This document shows positions 46,706 through 58,989 of a stretch of DNA of 64,000 nucleotides, piece by piece. Within the stretch, counting starts at the first letter, position 1, and each line of letters starts with the position of its first letter. The position numbers and the translations under genes are program-made. The notes below the pieces were generated by a model. It worked only from the letters and a program-made list of their open reading frames with translations. It searched no databases and was not told the origin of the DNA. This DNA comes from Vulcanimicrobiota bacterium (GTDB taxonomy: Bacteria; Vulcanimicrobiota; Vulcanimicrobiia; Vulcanimicrobiales; Vulcanimicrobiaceae): assembly GCA_963695225.1 (NCBI GenBank), contig OY968762.1:2240001-2304000 (forward strand). The letters run 5' to 3'.

Positions 46706-47908
46706 TCAGACGGCGGCGGCGGCTGTCGCAGCGGCGGGCTTGCGCCGTTGGAACGGCAACTCGAATTTCAGGTGGAACGCGTACGCGGCCAATACCGTGA
46801 GCGGGATGTAGACGAACAGCGCGAGCGCGCCTTGGATCGCGATGGAATCCGTAAAGCCGCTCGTGATCCCGACGAGTAATCGCAGGATCGGGAAGTGGAT
46901 CAGATAGAGGCTGTACGAGAAGCGGCCGAGCCGGCCGAGCGGCGCGAATTCGAGGAACTTCACGATCGCATGGGCGAGCGTGCGCGGTCCGCCGCGATAC
47001 CCCGTTTGCGTGTACATGACGAAACTGGTCACGGCGGCGCCGAGCGTCAGGTTCTGAAAGATCCCCTCCGCGTACGTCGTGTCGATCGGCGACCGGACGA
47101 TCTGAACGATCGCGCCGGCTCCGAAGGCGAGCCACAGCCAGCCCCACGGAACGCGCGACACGAGATTCTGGAAGCGCCCCGGAACCGGGCTCAGCAGCGC
47201 GCACGCGAGCACGCCCATCGAGTACAGGACGATGAACCACGGACGCGTCCAATCGAGCAGGCCGTGGAACAGGAAATGCGGCGCGAGGCCGATCCCCGCC
47301 GCGACCGCGAGTTGCGCCCAGGGCCCGAAGCGCTGCAGTACCGGGAGGAAGACGAACGCGAACAGCGCGTAGCACTGGAACTCGAGAGCGAGATTCCAGA
47401 GCGCGTCGTTGATGTACAGGTTCGTCAGCGGGTGGAGGTTGTGGATCATCAAGACGTGCGCCGCCGTGCCGACCGCGAGCGCGAGCGGCTTGACCGGCAT
47501 GTGCATGACGAGCAGCCAGGCCACGAACAGAACGACCGAGATCGCCAGCGCGACGTAATACGGTGCGAGCAGCCGCTCGAAACGCCGGTGGAAGAAGGCT
47601 TCGACGCTGGGCAGTTGCCACGTCGCAGACTTCGCCGCCGGCAGCATCAGGAGAAAGCCCGAGATCACGAAAAACGCGGCGACGCGGAAATCGCCGTACC
47701 GCATCCAGTTCGTCAGGTGCTCGTACGCCGCCGGGATCGGGCCGTGCTTCCCCTCGAGCAAGAGATAGTTCAGGTGGAACAGCATCACGTAGAGCGCCGA
47801 CATGCCCCGGATGCCGTAGAAGTAGGCGATCTCTTTCTTCTGCGCCGGGCGTGACGAGGCTCGGACGCCGAAAGCGCCAAGGCTGCCCGAAGCTACGTCG
47901 AGAGTCAC
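46706..47908 (-). CDS. Acyltransferase family 3 (OafA-like) membrane O-acyltransferase
   Basis: GIRGMSALYVMLFH, FFVISGFLL, RRFERL, WNLALEFQCY, GRFSYSLYLIH. Confidence 0.92.
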   Translation of the reverse strand: MTLDVASGSLGAFGVRASSRPAQKKEIAYFYGIRGMSALYVMLFHLNYLLLEGKHGPIPAAYEHLTNWMRYGDFRVAAFFVISGFLLMLPAAKSATWQLPSVEAFFHRRFERLLAPYYVALAISVVLFVAWLLVMHMPVKPLALAVGTAAHVLMIHNLHPLTNLYINDALWNLALEFQCYALFAFVFLPVLQRFGPWAQLAVAAGIGLAPHFLFHGLLDWTRPWFIVLYSMGVLACALLSPVPGRFQNLVSRVPWGWLWLAFGAGAIVQIVRSPIDTTYAEGIFQNLTLGAAVTSFVMYTQTGYRGGPRTLAHAIVKFLEFAPLGRLGRFSYSLYLIHFPILRLLVGITSGFTDSIAIQGALALFVYIPLTVLAAYAFHLKFELPFQRRKPAAATAAAAV

Positions 47909-48021
47909 GGTTCCGGCGAGATTGGAGTTCGAAGGGCGCCGGCCTTCGTTCTTTAGGGACCCATCTCGTGGGCCTTTTGGCGCCCCGGGGCGCCGGGCCG
48001 CCCGCGGAGAACGGAACGCCC

Positions 48022-50487
48022 GTGGAGGCTCCGAACGGCGTCATTCGGCTTGCGGCAGGTGCCTCCGACGAGGCGATCGTCGAGCTCCTCGGGACGCTCC
48101 CGGCCTGCGAGCGCGCCGTCGAGTTGAGCTACCGGACAAAGACGGGCGCGCTCCTGCGCTGTGACGGCGCGATCGCCGGAGCATTCGACCGGGAGCACGA
48201 ATGCGTCGTGCTTCCTCCAGCCGGAGTGCCGCGCCGGCTCGCGCTCCGGGTCGAGCGGCGCTCCCTTCCGGTCGCGGGCCTGCCCTCGGGGCCGGGGCTG
48301 CGCTGGAACCTGATGCTGCGCGGTGCGGAGCGCGCGCCGGAGCGCGTCGTGCGCCGGCGCGTGCTCGACGGCGAGGCCCCCGGCCCGTCCGGGCCGCGCG
48401 GGGATCTCCCGCTGCTCGGGCACGCGCACCTCGACGTCGCCTGGCTCTGGACGTACGCCGAGACGCGGCGCAAGGCGCTGCGCACGTTCGCGATCGCGGA
48501 GCGCCAGCTCGCGCGGGATCCGGAATTCATCTTCCTTCAGAGTCAGCCGCAGCTCTACGCGTTCGTCGCCGAAGAGGACGCGGAATTCTCCACCCGCATC
48601 GAGCAGCTCGCCCGCGCCGGGCGCTTCGATGCGAGCGGGGCCGCGATGTGGGTCGAGCCTGATTGCAACCTTCCCTCCGGCGAATCGCTCCTGCGGCAGC
48701 TCGCGTTCGGGATCGCGTACGCTCGCGAGCATCTTGGGACGGAGCCGAGCGTCGCTTGGCTGCCCGATTCGTTCGGTTTCGCGAACACGCTCCCGACGCT
48801 GCTCGCGCACGCCGGCGTTCTCCGCTTCGCAACCGCGAAGCTCGAGTGGAACGACACCGTCCCCTTTCCGTACCGGTCGTTCTGGTGGGAGGGGCCTGAC
48901 GGGAGCCGGGTGCTCGCGGCTGCGCTTGCGGCCTACGAGGGCCCGCTCGACGAAGCGCGCGCCGCGCTCGCCCGCGAGCGAGGGGAGCCGCTCGTCATCG
49001 GCTACGGCGACGGCGGCGGCGGCGTGACCGAAGCGATGCTCGCCGCCGCGCCGCGGACCGGCCGCTGGACGACGCTCGCCGGCTGGTTCGAGGGACTCGC
49101 CGCGCGCTCGGCGGATCTCCCGGTCCACCGCGGCGAGTTGTACCTCGAATACCACCGCGGCGTCGCCACCACCCACCACGGGATCAAGGCGCGCAACGCC
49201 GCGCTCGAGCGGGCGCTGCGCGGCGCCGAGGAGCTCGCTGCTTGGGCGCTCGTGCTGCGCGCCTCGCCGTTCTTCCGCGACGAAGTGCGGGCGAAGCTTC
49301 GCGAAGCTTGGGAAATCGTGCTGCGAAACCAATTCCACGACGTGCTGCCGGGGACGTCGATCGGGGCGGTGTACGAAGACGCGCGGCGCGAGTACGAGCG
49401 GGCGGACACGCTCGTCGGCCAGATCGCCGCGAGCGCGGCGGTGATGCTGCCCCGGGCGCCGGAGCGCGCGGGGTCGGGGTTGCGGCCGCCGGAGGCGTCC
49501 GGCGACGGCTTCCGTTTCGAAAACGCCGCGCTCGCCGCGACGTTCGCAGCGAATGGGGCGCTCGTCGATCTGCGGATCCCCGGCGGGCGGAACCTCGTTC
49601 GCCGGGCGCACGAGGTGAAGGCCTACCGCGACCGGCCTCGTGCATGGGAAGCCTGGAACGTCGACCGCGAGTACCGGACGCAGCCGCTTTCCGTCTCGGC
49701 CGTCGCGTGCGAGATCGTCGAGGGCGGGCTGCAGGTCGAGTACCGGATCGGCCGTTCCCCGGCGCTCGCGAGGATCACGCTTGCGGCGAACGAGCCGTTC
49801 CTGCGCGTGGCGCTCGCGGTCGACTGGCGCGAGCGCCGCACCTTGCTGCGCATCGAGAACGAGCTCGAACTCGCGGGCGCCCGCGCCCGCTTCGGGACGC
49901 CGCACGGAACGCTCGAACGCCCGGTTGAGGCGCGCACGGATGCGGAGCGTGCGAAGTTCGAGTTCGCCGCGCAACGCTTCGCGTACGTCGCCGCGGCGGA
50001 CGGGGGCTTGGCGCTGCTCGCGCTCGACACGTACGGGTGGAGCCTCTCCGGCGACGCGCGCGGCGTGCGCTTGGGGCACTCGCTGCTGCGGGGCACGACC
50101 TGGCCGGACCCGGATGCCGACCTGGGCCTGCAGACGTTGGAATACGCGTATCTGCCGTTCGCGGAATGCTCGATCGGGGAGCTCGAGCTCGTCTGGGAAC
50201 GCTTCGCGGGGATCGGGGGCGTCGCGCTCTTTTCATCCGCCGATCCGGCCGTCCACGTGACTGCGACGAAACCCGCCGAAGACGGCGACGGCGCGATCGT
50301 GCGCGTGCGCGAATGCGACGGCGCCGCGCGCGACGTGCGGCTGAGATGTGCGGCGCGCGCGAGAGACGTCTCGTGCGTCGATGCGCTCGAACGGCCGGTG
50401 CGCGGCGACGTCGCGCTGAAGGATGGAATCGTGGAAGCGACGATCGGCCCTTACGCGTTGCGTTCGTTTCGGGTGCGCTTCGCATGA
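48022..50487 (+). CDS. Glycoside hydrolase family 38 (alpha-mannosidase)
   Basis: GHAHLDVAWLW, WVEPDCNLPSGESL, WLPDSFG, GYGDGGGG, GELYLEYHRG, NQFHDVLPG; start approximate. Confidence 0.9.
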   Translation: MEAPNGVIRLAAGASDEAIVELLGTLPACERAVELSYRTKTGALLRCDGAIAGAFDREHECVVLPPAGVPRRLALRVERRSLPVAGLPSGPGLRWNLMLRGAERAPERVVRRRVLDGEAPGPSGPRGDLPLLGHAHLDVAWLWTYAETRRKALRTFAIAERQLARDPEFIFLQSQPQLYAFVAEEDAEFSTRIEQLARAGRFDASGAAMWVEPDCNLPSGESLLRQLAFGIAYAREHLGTEPSVAWLPDSFGFANTLPTLLAHAGVLRFATAKLEWNDTVPFPYRSFWWEGPDGSRVLAAALAAYEGPLDEARAALARERGEPLVIGYGDGGGGVTEAMLAAAPRTGRWTTLAGWFEGLAARSADLPVHRGELYLEYHRGVATTHHGIKARNAALERALRGAEELAAWALVLRASPFFRDEVRAKLREAWEIVLRNQFHDVLPGTSIGAVYEDARREYERADTLVGQIAASAAVMLPRAPERAGSGLRPPEASGDGFRFENAALAATFAANGALVDLRIPGGRNLVRRAHEVKAYRDRPRAWEAWNVDREYRTQPLSVSAVACEIVEGGLQVEYRIGRSPALARITLAANEPFLRVALAVDWRERRTLLRIENELELAGARARFGTPHGTLERPVEARTDAERAKFEFAAQRFAYVAAADGGLALLALDTYGWSLSGDARGVRLGHSLLRGTTWPDPDADLGLQTLEYAYLPFAECSIGELELVWERFAGIGGVALFSSADPAVHVTATKPAEDGDGAIVRVRECDGAARDVRLRCAARARDVSCVDALERPVRGDVALKDGIVEATIGPYALRSFRVRFA

Positions 50488-51215
50488 TCGATGCCGTGCT
50501 CTTCGATCTCGACGATACGCTCCACGACGACACGGAGGCGTACCGGCGCGCGGCGGCCGACGTCGCGGAGGAGATCGCGCGCGAACGGGCGGTGTCTGCC
50601 GAGCGGCTGCTCGCTTCGTACATCTTGGAGACTGAGGCGTTTTGGAAACGGCTCTCCCCGGAGAATTTCAGAAAGCCGCTCTCCGGCGTTCGCGAGCGGA
50701 TGTGGAGCGTGGCGCTCGCCGAGGTTGGGGTGGTCGATGCCGCGCTGGCTGCGCGGAGCGCCGAATTTTATAACCGCCGGCGCAATCACTACTTGCAACT
50801 TTGGCCCGGCGTCGCCGAGTTGCTCCTCGATCTGCGCGCCGCCGGGTGCAAGCTCGCGCTGATCACGAACGGTTTCGCGGAGACGCACAACGAGAAGATC
50901 GAACGGCTCGGGTTGGCGGGGAGCTTCGACGCGATCTTCATCGCCGACGAGGTCGGGATGCTCAAGCCGGATCCGCGCCTCTTCGCGCACGCTTGCGAGC
51001 GCCTCGGCGTCGCGCCGGAGCGGGCCGTGATGGTCGGCGACCGTTACCATCGCGACGTCACGGGAGCGCATGCGGCCGGTCTCGGAACGATTTGGCTCGA
51101 CATTCACGCGGAGCGTATTCCGGCCGGCGGTCCGCACCCGGACGTCGTCGTTGCCGGTGTCGGCGAAGTCGCGGGAGCGATCGCGGAATTGCGCGCGCGC
51201 CGCGGCAGGCGATGA
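50484..51215 (+). CDS. HAD-superfamily hydrolase
   Basis: FDLDDTL, ITNG, KPDP, MVGD...D; ATGA overlap. Confidence 0.92.
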   Translation: MIDAVLFDLDDTLHDDTEAYRRAAADVAEEIARERAVSAERLLASYILETEAFWKRLSPENFRKPLSGVRERMWSVALAEVGVVDAALAARSAEFYNRRRNHYLQLWPGVAELLLDLRAAGCKLALITNGFAETHNEKIERLGLAGSFDAIFIADEVGMLKPDPRLFAHACERLGVAPERAVMVGDRYHRDVTGAHAAGLGTIWLDIHAERIPAGGPHPDVVVAGVGEVAGAIAELRARRGRR

Positions 51216-51233
51216 ACCCGGCAAGCGGAATCG

Positions 51234-51953
51234 ATGACCATGGACGCGGCGTCGGTCGGAGCGGTTTTTGCGCGAGCGTGGGGACTGCTGCGCCGCAATC
51301 TGACGATCGTGGTTCCGGGGCTCGTCGTCGGCGCGTTGATCGGCCTCGTGAGCGCGTACTTGGCGCCGCCCGTTGCGCCGGATGACGTGTCGGCCGGGCT
51401 CGCCCGCCCGTACGATTCGTTCGCGCGATTGCTCGTCATGACCGTCTCCGTCATCGCGACGGTGCTGACGATCTCGTACACGACCGGAATGGCTAGTTCG
51501 GCTTGGAAGAATGGGCGAGCGACGTTCGCGGACGGCTCGCGCGCGTTCCGGCACGACGCCGGCAACGTGCTCGTCGCGCTCGGTTCCCTCTTCGCGTTAG
51601 GCTTCGTCGCCTCGCTGCTGGCGCCGTTCACGTTCTTCTGCTCGCTGATCGCGTACGTGTTCTTCGGCATCTACACGATGCCGTCGGTCATCGTCGGCGA
51701 GCGCAACGGCTTCGCCTCGATCGCCGAATCCGCCGCGATCGCGTGGCGCCGCCCGGTGACGACGGGGCTGCTCGTCGGCGGGCTCTTCGCGATCCTCATC
51801 GCCATGGGGGTCGTCACGAACCTTCTGTCTGCGACGCCGTATGTCGGGCAGATCTTCGCGAACGTCGTCGTGCAGGCCGTCGTCGCATACTTCACGCTCG
51901 TGCTGGTCGGGGAGTACCTGACGCTCGCCGGAGAGGGCTCGCTGGCGACATGA
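51234..51953 (+). CDS. Hypothetical multi-pass membrane protein
   Basis: 5-6 hydrophobic segments; typical codon usage. Confidence 0.75.
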   Translation: MTMDAASVGAVFARAWGLLRRNLTIVVPGLVVGALIGLVSAYLAPPVAPDDVSAGLARPYDSFARLLVMTVSVIATVLTISYTTGMASSAWKNGRATFADGSRAFRHDAGNVLVALGSLFALGFVASLLAPFTFFCSLIAYVFFGIYTMPSVIVGERNGFASIAESAAIAWRRPVTTGLLVGGLFAILIAMGVVTNLLSATPYVGQIFANVVVQAVVAYFTLVLVGEYLTLAGEGSLAT

Positions 51954-52023
51954 ACCGCGGCCGAGCGCGGGGAGCGGTTCCCGCGGGCTGCAACGGCCGG
52001 TGGTCCGCAGCGGTCTCACCTCC

Positions 52024-55000
52024 GTGACCCAAACCTCGCAAAACGGCTCTTCGCGCGGGCTCGACTCGATCGTGATCAGAGGCGCGCGCGAGCACAACCT
52101 CAAGAACGTCGATCTCACGCTGCCGCGCAATCGCCTCATCGTGATCACCGGGCTTTCGGGTTCCGGGAAGTCGTCGCTCGCCTTCGACACGATCTACGCC
52201 GAAGGGCAGCGCCGCTACGTCGAGTCGCTCTCTTCGTACGCCCGGCAGTTCCTGGGGCAGATGGAGAAGCCCGACGTCGATTACATCGAGGGCCTTTCCC
52301 CCGCGATCTCGATCGATCAGAAATCTAGCTCGCGCAACCCGCGCTCGACCGTCGGCACGGTGACGGAGATCTACGACTATTTGCGGCTGCTCTACGCGCG
52401 GATCGGAAAGCCGCACTGTTACAAGTGCGGGCGCGAGGTCAGCGCGCAATCGAGCGAGCAGATCGTCGACGGGATCATGGAGCTTCCCGAAGGTTCGCGC
52501 CTGCAGGTGCTCGCGCCGGTCGTCCGCGGGCGGAAGGGCGAGTACGCGAAGCTGTTCGAGGAGATTGCGAAAGAGGGCTTCGCGCGCGTTCGGGTCGACG
52601 GCGAGACGCGCGAGTTGCGCGAAGCCCACAAGATCGAACTCGACAAGAAACGCAAGCACACGATCGAGGTGATCGTGGACCGGCTCGTGATGAAGCCGGA
52701 TTTGCGCAAGCGTTTGACGGATTCCGTCGAGACGACGCTGCGCCTCTCGAGCGGGATCGTGACCGTCCTCGTCGAGCCCGGGAAGAACGGGGCGGGCGAA
52801 GCGGCGCGGGAGCTGACGTTCAGCGAAAAGCTCGCTTGCGTCTACTGCGGGCTTTCTTTCGAAGAGCTCGCGCCGCGCTTGTTCTCGTTCAACTCGCCGT
52901 ACGGCGCCTGCCCCGATTGCACGGGCTTGGGCGTCAAGATCGAAATCGATCCTTGGAAGGTGATCCCCGACCGTTCGAAATCGATCGAGGGCGGTGCGAT
53001 CGTTCCGTGGAGCAAGGCGCTCGGCGGCGGACGCTTCCCCTCGATGAATCCGTACTATCTCCAACAAGTAGAGGCGCTGCTGCGCTCGCGCCGCGTGAAG
53101 ATGTCGACGCCGATCGAGAAGATGCCGGACGACCTCGTCGAGACGATCCTCTACGGCTCGGATCAGAAGCGGAAGTTCACGTACGAGTCGCGCAGCGGGC
53201 ATGCCTGGAATTACGAGACCGTCTTCGAAGGCGTCGTTAACAACCTGCAGCGCCGGCACAGCGAGACGAGCTCGGAGATGGTCAAGGAAGACATCGAGAA
53301 ATACATGTCCGCGAACACTTGCGCGACGTGCCAAGGCGCGCGCCTCAAACCCGAAGCGCTCGCGGTCACCGTGGGCGGGAAGAACATCCACGCGCTCACG
53401 ACGATCTCGGTCGAGAAGGCGGAGGCGTTCTTCCGCGAGTTCTCGCCGAACCGGCGCGAGGAGCAGATCGCGCACCAGGTGCTCAAGGAAATCCGCGCGC
53501 GGCTCGGGTTCCTCACGAACGTCGGGCTCGGGTACTTGAGCCTTTCGCGCAGCGCGACCACGCTCTCCGGCGGGGAGACGCAGCGGATCCGCCTCGCGAC
53601 GCAGATCGGCAGCTCGCTCGTCGGCGTCCTCTACATCTTGGACGAACCGTCGATCGGCTTGCATCAGCGCGACAACGACCGGCTGCTGGCGACGCTCAAG
53701 ACGCTGCGCGATCTCGGGAACACGCTGATCGTCATCGAGCACGACGAAGATACGATGCGCGAGGCCGACGTGATCGTCGATATCGGGCCCGGCGCGGGGG
53801 CGGAGGGCGGGCGCATCCTCACGGTCGGCACGCTCGCCGAGATCGAACGGAATCCCGAGTCGCTGACGGGCGCGTATCTCTCCGGCCGGAAATTCATCCC
53901 GATCCCGCGCCGGCGGCGCGAGCCGCGCTCGTGGCTCTCGGTGCGCAAGGCGACGGCGAACAATCTCGAAGGCATCGACGTCGAGTTTCCGATCGGCGTC
54001 TTCGCCTGCGTGACGGGCGTCAGCGGGAGCGGAAAATCGAGCCTCGTGAACGAGGTGCTGGTCAAGGCGCTCAACCAGCATCTGCACGGCCAGCCCGCGG
54101 GCGGTACGTATGGGACGGTCAAGGGCGCCGAAGCGCTCGACAAGCTCGTCGTGATCGATCAATCCCCGATCGGGCGGACGCCGCGCTCGAACCCGGCGAC
54201 GTACACGGGCGCGTTCGATCTGATCCGCGAGCTGTTCTCGCTCGTTCCGGAATCGAAGTTGCGCGGCTACGGCCCCGGCCGCTTCTCGTTCAACGTGAAG
54301 GGCGGGCGTTGCGAATCGTGCGAAGGCGACGGCATCATCAAGATCGAGATGCACTTCCTCCCGGACGTGTACGTCCCGTGCGAAGTCTGCAAGGGGAAGC
54401 GTTACAACGCGCAGACGCTCGAGATCAAGTACAAAGGGAAATCGATCGCGGACGTCCTCGAGATGCGCGTCGACGAGGCCTCGGAGTTCTTCAGCGCGAT
54501 CCCGCGCATCCACAACCGGCTGCGTACGATCGCGGACGTCGGCCTGGGTTACATCAAGATGGGGCAGCCCGCCACGACGCTCTCCGGCGGCGAGGCGCAG
54601 CGGGTGAAACTCGCGACCGAGCTTTCCAAACGCGCGACGGGCCGCACGTTCTACGTGCTGGACGAACCGACGACGGGGCTCCACTTCGCCGACATCCACA
54701 AGCTGCTCGAAGTCCTGGAGCGCCTCGTCAAACTGGGGAACACGGTCCTCACGATCGAGCACAACCTCGACGTCGTGAAGACCGCGGATTACCTGATCGA
54801 TCTCGGCCCCGAAGGCGGCGACCGCGGCGGCCTCGTCGTCGCGACGGGGACGCCGGAGGAAGTCGCGCGCGCCGAGGGTTCGTTCACCGGCGAATATCTG
54901 CGCGCCGTGCTGACGGATGCGCGTGCGCACGGCTTGCGCGCCGATCGCACGCACATGGCGGAATTGGAGAAAGAGAACCTCGCCGCGCTCCACGGCCTCG

Positions 55001-55032
55001 TCGAAGCCGGCCGCGCAACCGTGGAGCGCTAG
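52024..55032 (+). CDS. uvrA: Excinuclease ABC subunit A
   Basis: [19 protein letters not shown], Zn fingers, [24 protein letters not shown]. Confidence 0.97.
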   Translation: MTQTSQNGSSRGLDSIVIRGAREHNLKNVDLTLPRNRLIVITGLSGSGKSSLAFDTIYAEGQRRYVESLSSYARQFLGQMEKPDVDYIEGLSPAISIDQKSSSRNPRSTVGTVTEIYDYLRLLYARIGKPHCYKCGREVSAQSSEQIVDGIMELPEGSRLQVLAPVVRGRKGEYAKLFEEIAKEGFARVRVDGETRELREAHKIELDKKRKHTIEVIVDRLVMKPDLRKRLTDSVETTLRLSSGIVTVLVEPGKNGAGEAARELTFSEKLACVYCGLSFEELAPRLFSFNSPYGACPDCTGLGVKIEIDPWKVIPDRSKSIEGGAIVPWSKALGGGRFPSMNPYYLQQVEALLRSRRVKMSTPIEKMPDDLVETILYGSDQKRKFTYESRSGHAWNYETVFEGVVNNLQRRHSETSSEMVKEDIEKYMSANTCATCQGARLKPEALAVTVGGKNIHALTTISVEKAEAFFREFSPNRREEQIAHQVLKEIRARLGFLTNVGLGYLSLSRSATTLSGGETQRIRLATQIGSSLVGVLYILDEPSIGLHQRDNDRLLATLKTLRDLGNTLIVIEHDEDTMREADVIVDIGPGAGAEGGRILTVGTLAEIERNPESLTGAYLSGRKFIPIPRRRREPRSWLSVRKATANNLEGIDVEFPIGVFACVTGVSGSGKSSLVNEVLVKALNQHLHGQPAGGTYGTVKGAEALDKLVVIDQSPIGRTPRSNPATYTGAFDLIRELFSLVPESKLRGYGPGRFSFNVKGGRCESCEGDGIIKIEMHFLPDVYVPCEVCKGKRYNAQTLEIKYKGKSIADVLEMRVDEASEFFSAIPRIHNRLRTIADVGLGYIKMGQPATTLSGGEAQRVKLATELSKRATGRTFYVLDEPTTGLHFADIHKLLEVLERLVKLGNTVLTIEHNLDVVKTADYLIDLGPEGGDRGGLVVATGTPEEVARAEGSFTGEYLRAVLTDARAHGLRADRTHMAELEKENLAALHGLVEAGRATVER

Positions 55033-55036
55033 AGCG

Positions 55037-56104
55037 CTACGGCGATTTCAGCGAAGCGATGTCGATCACGAAGCGGTAGCGAACGTCGCTCTTGAGGACG
55101 CGCTCGTAGGCCTCGTTGACGTTTTGGATCGAGGTCAGTTCGATGTCGGACGCGAGCCCATGCTCGCCGCAGAAATCCAGCATCTCCTGCGTTTCGCGAA
55201 TGCCGCCGATCAGCGAACCGGCAATGCTCCGGCGGCCCTGCACGAGCGAAAACGCGCCGAGGGGGACGAGATCTTCGGGGACGCCGACCACGACGAACGT
55301 GCCGTCGACCTTCAGCAGGCCGAGATACTCGTTCCAATCCAAGGCGGCCGAAACGGTGTTGACGATCAAGTCGAACGAGGCCCGGAGCTTCTTGAACGTC
55401 GCGGGATCGGAGGTGGCGTAGAAGTGATCGGCTCCGAGACGCTTCGCGTCGGCCTGCTTGCGAAGCGAATGGCTGAGCACCGTGACCTCCGCGCCGAGCG
55501 CGTGCGCGAGCTTGACGCCCATGTGGCCGAGCCCCCCGAGACCGACGATTGCCACTCGTTTCCCAGGCCCGGCGTGCCAGTGCCGCAGAGGCGAATAGAG
55601 CGTGATTCCGGCGCAGAGCAGCGGCGCAGCGGCGTCGAGCGGGAGATTGTCGGGGATCCGCAGGACGTAGTTCTCGTTCACGACGATCCGTTCCGAATAC
55701 CCGCCGTACGTCGGCGTCGTGCCGTCGCGCTCCGTTCCGTTGTACGTGAAGGACGTGTGCACGAGGCAGAACTGCTCGAGACCTTGCTTGCAGTATTCGC
55801 ACGTTCCGCACGAATCGACGAAACATCCGACGCCTACGCGGTCGCCGGCCTTGTACTTGGTAACGGCGTCCCCGACGCGCGCCACGATCCCGACGATCTC
55901 GTGCCCCGGCACCATCGGAAAGATGGAGCCGCCCCATTCGTCGCGGGCTTGGTGGATATCGGAATGGCAGATGCCGCAATACTTGATCTCGATGACCACA
56001 TCGTGCGGCTGCGGCTCGCGCCGCTCGAACACGAACGGTGCGAGCGGAGCCTTAGCTCGCGGAGCGGCATAACCTTTAGTCTGAAGCGCAATCGTCGTTG
56101 ACAT
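55037..56104 (-). CDS. NAD(P)-dependent zinc alcohol dehydrogenase (CAD/YahK-like)
   Basis: CGICHSD, PGHEIVG, structural Cys cluster, [16 protein letters not shown]. Confidence 0.94.
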   Translation of the reverse strand: MSTTIALQTKGYAAPRAKAPLAPFVFERREPQPHDVVIEIKYCGICHSDIHQARDEWGGSIFPMVPGHEIVGIVARVGDAVTKYKAGDRVGVGCFVDSCGTCEYCKQGLEQFCLVHTSFTYNGTERDGTTPTYGGYSERIVVNENYVLRIPDNLPLDAAAPLLCAGITLYSPLRHWHAGPGKRVAIVGLGGLGHMGVKLAHALGAEVTVLSHSLRKQADAKRLGADHFYATSDPATFKKLRASFDLIVNTVSAALDWNEYLGLLKVDGTFVVVGVPEDLVPLGAFSLVQGRRSIAGSLIGGIRETQEMLDFCGEHGLASDIELTSIQNVNEAYERVLKSDVRYRFVIDIASLKSP

Positions 56105-56110
56105 ACTAGG

Positions 56111-56155
56111 AGTATACCCAGCGCGCACCAGTTTGCCTCTATGTGATTCTCCCTT
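56111..56155 (-). promoter_or_regulatory. Leaderless-type promoter of the adh gene with candidate activator site
   Basis: TATACT 6 nt before ATG with no SD; degenerate copy of the 60108/61142 palindrome at 56141-56155. Confidence 0.55.
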
Positions 56156-56194
56156 TGCCTCGACGTCGATGGTGATCGTCACGTCGTCCGAAAC

Positions 56195-56240
56195 TGGGAT
56201 GCGGATCAATGCCCGCGCTTGACGGGCCATAAGCATCCCA
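56195..56240 (-). terminator. Hairpin downstream of the LuxR-STAND gene
   Basis: TGGGATGC...GCATCCCA outer stem with inner GCCCG/CGGGC stem; no clear U tract. Confidence 0.45.
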
Positions 56241-56250
56241 AGGTGCGGGG

Positions 56251-58989
56251 TCAGAGCGCCGGTTGATCCTTCGCGGCGGAGACGTGCGCTGCGAGCTGCG
56301 CGCGTGAACTGAAGCCGAGCTTTTGGTAGATCGAGCCGAGGTGCTTCTCCACCGTCTTGTGGCTGATCGCGAGTTCGCGCGCGATCTCGAGATTCGAGCG
56401 TCCGCGTGCGACGAGCGCAGCGATTTCGCCTTCGCGGTTGGAGAGACCGACTGGCCGGGTCGCCGCCGCGGCGACGTGCGCCGGCGGAGCGTCGCTTTCG
56501 CCGCTGCGTTCGAGCCGGCGCACGTCCGCAAGCGCGCCGATGCGGCGGTAGATCGCGAATGCCGCTGCGCGCTCGCCGGCGAGTTCGAGAGCGGCGGCTT
56601 CCCACAGCGGATAGCGCAGGCGCCGGAAGCCGGCGGCGGCCGCCCGGGCATGCTCCCTGACGTTCTTCGGATTCCCGCGCGTGCGCTGCGCGACGAGCGC
56701 GTCGAAGAGTGCGAGCGCGGGGCGGTCGACGACGTCGATCGGAGCGTCTGCGGCGCGCGCCAGCGTCGCGCGCGCCTTCCCGAAGTCGTCCGGCGCGCCG
56801 ATGCGCGCGACGGTGAGCAGCGTCATGAATAGGCCGCGCGGCGCGTCGCCGAAATCGATCGCGGTGTGCAGCAGCGCTTGCGCCTCTTCGGTGCGGCCGC
56901 GCCGGTGGAGAATCTCGGCATACCCGGCGGCGTAAATCACCGCCCCGAAGGGTGAGATCGAACCATGCAGCCGGTCGAACCAATGCTCGATCAGCGCGTC
57001 GTCGCCGAGGTGCAAACCGGCGAGCGCCCCCCAGGCGGCGGCATGGGCCAACGCCACGCCGCTATCGGTCGGGAGCGAGCGCACCGCATCGAGGGCGCGG
57101 CGCGTCCCTTCGAGATCGCCGGTCGAGAGCAGGGCAAACGCCGACATGGCGTACGCCGCGGATTCCGCCATGCGGTTGCGCTGCGCGCGCGCGACGGCGA
57201 GCGAGCTTTCGAAATGGTGCATCGCCTCCTCGTGGCGGCCGAGGATCGAGAGATACATCCCGCTGTTGTGGTGGACCAGCGCCGAGAGGCCGGGTTTGAG
57301 CGACGCGCGCGCCGCGGCGAGCAACGGTTCGAGTTCGGCGAGGAAATGCTCTACGTCGGCGACGATGTAGAACACCATCGCGCGCGTGCTGTGATAGGAG
57401 TACCGCAAGTCGGCGTCGGCATTGGTTACGGTCATCTCGACGTGGTCGAGGTGGCGAAGCGCTTCGGCCGGGCGATAGCGCATCGCGGCGAGATGCGCGA
57501 TGCCCAGATGCAAGCGGCTACGCGCCGTCGCGTCGGGCGGCCCGAGCCGCTCGAGCATCGCCTCGAGCTCGGCCGCCGGCTCGCTCTTCCCAAGCCGGTA
57601 ACTCTGGACGGCCGCGTTCACGCGGTACTCCGCCTCCGCCTCGCTGTCGCCGATCCGGCGCAAGATCTCGGCCGCCTCGGAGAACGCCGCGAGCGCGCCG
57701 TCGTTGAAACCGTTGACGACGCGGCGTTGCGCGATCTTCTCGAGGATGCGCGCGCGGTCGTGCGAGATCGGATCGACGGATTCGAGCGCCCGCTCGTAAT
57801 ACGCGATCGCGTCGTCGTGGGCGAAGACGCGCCCCGCGGCATCGCCCGCGAGTTCGTTGTACTGCGCGGCTTGCTGCCGGTCGCCGGCGGCCCACCAATG
57901 GTAGGCCAGGCTCTCGACGGAGCGCTGATCTTCGGGGACGGACTCGAGGACGAGCGCGATCTTCCGGTGCAACGGGCGAACCTGCGCCGCGAGGAAATCT
58001 CCGTAGATCGCCTCGCGCGTGAGGGCGTGCCGGAAACTGAAGGCGGCCGCCGATTCCTCCTCGACGAGCTGAAAATCGCGGGCGCGGCGCAGCGTCGGCA
58101 ACAGCGCGGCGACGTCGGTCTCCAGCGTCGCCGCGAGCAGCCCTACGTCGAACCGCCGGCCGATCACGGCTGCCTGCGCGAGGATGCGCCGCTCGCCCTC
58201 GTCGAACGGCCGCAACCGCTCCATGAGGGCCGCGCGGACGGTCGTCGGCAGGAAGCGCGCCGCAACGCTGCGTTCGGTTTCGGCTCGCTCGACGGCGCTC
58301 TTGAGCAGCTCTTCCGTGAAGAACGGATTCCCGTCGCTCGTGTGCGCGATCGCTCGCCGCGTTTCGCTCGAAAGGTCGAAGCCCTCTAGTGCCTCGTCGA
58401 TGAAGAGGCGCAGTTCCGCTTCGTCGAGCGGAGCGAGTTCGATGCGCCCGGCGCGCGGCGCTCGCCCGAGCTTTGCGATCGCCGCGAACGTCGGATGGTC
58501 GGTGTGGAAGACCTCGGGCCGGTACGACGCGACGATGAGGATGCGCGCCGTCTCGATCGTCCCGGCGAGATAGTCCAACAGTTCGAGCGTCGCCGCATCG
58601 GCCCAGTGCAAGTCCTCGACGATCGCGACGAGCGCGGTCCGCTCGGAGGCGCGCGCGAACGCCTGCACGACGGCATCGAATTGCTCGCGTTTCGAGGCAG
58701 CCGGGACGAGTTCGGCGGCTGCCGGATCGAAGCGCGCGAGGACGTCGAGGATGGGGCCGTACGGCCGCTGCGCGAACTCGAGCGAGAGCCCGACCCCGAT
58801 GCGGACGCGCGTCTTCGCGAGGGACTTCCTGAATTCGGAGAGCAGGCGCGACTTGCCGAGGCCCGCTTCCCCGGAGACGAACACGAGCCCGCCGTGCGAC
58901 GCGCTCGCTTCGCGGCGTCGCTCCTGCAAGTACTCGAGTTCTTCTTGCCGCCCGATAAAGCGGCGACAAATGATCGGGCGAACGATCAA
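56251..58989 (-). CDS. Large ATP-binding LuxR regulator (AAA_16 STAND + TPR + LuxR HTH)
   Basis: [57 protein letters not shown]...TVEKH; TTG start overlapping upstream TGA. Confidence 0.93.
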   Translation of the reverse strand: MIVRPIICRRFIGRQEELEYLQERRREASASHGGLVFVSGEAGLGKSRLLSEFRKSLAKTRVRIGVGLSLEFAQRPYGPILDVLARFDPAAAELVPAASKREQFDAVVQAFARASERTALVAIVEDLHWADAATLELLDYLAGTIETARILIVASYRPEVFHTDHPTFAAIAKLGRAPRAGRIELAPLDEAELRLFIDEALEGFDLSSETRRAIAHTSDGNPFFTEELLKSAVERAETERSVAARFLPTTVRAALMERLRPFDEGERRILAQAAVIGRRFDVGLLAATLETDVAALLPTLRRARDFQLVEEESAAAFSFRHALTREAIYGDFLAAQVRPLHRKIALVLESVPEDQRSVESLAYHWWAAGDRQQAAQYNELAGDAAGRVFAHDDAIAYYERALESVDPISHDRARILEKIAQRRVVNGFNDGALAAFSEAAEILRRIGDSEAEAEYRVNAAVQSYRLGKSEPAAELEAMLERLGPPDATARSRLHLGIAHLAAMRYRPAEALRHLDHVEMTVTNADADLRYSYHSTRAMVFYIVADVEHFLAELEPLLAAARASLKPGLSALVHHNSGMYLSILGRHEEAMHHFESSLAVARAQRNRMAESAAYAMSAFALLSTGDLEGTRRALDAVRSLPTDSGVALAHAAAWGALAGLHLGDDALIEHWFDRLHGSISPFGAVIYAAGYAEILHRRGRTEEAQALLHTAIDFGDAPRGLFMTLLTVARIGAPDDFGKARATLARAADAPIDVVDRPALALFDALVAQRTRGNPKNVREHARAAAAGFRRLRYPLWEAAALELAGERAAAFAIYRRIGALADVRRLERSGESDAPPAHVAAAATRPVGLSNREGEIAALVARGRSNLEIARELAISHKTVEKHLGSIYQKLGFSSRAQLAAHVSAAKDQPAL

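Noticed and set aside
46528..47908. Integrative element at tRNA-Cys
   Set aside because: No integrase and no duplicated tRNA 3' end seen in the window
51892..54993. Long antisense ORFs such as 1033 aa opposite uvrA and 826 aa opposite pheT
   Set aside because: Stop-codon scarcity in high-GC coding DNA; no recognisable motifs
55037..56983. 648-aa ORF suggesting an adh fusion
   Set aside because: The extension overlaps the LuxR gene in another frame; adh has its own -10 and ATG at 56104
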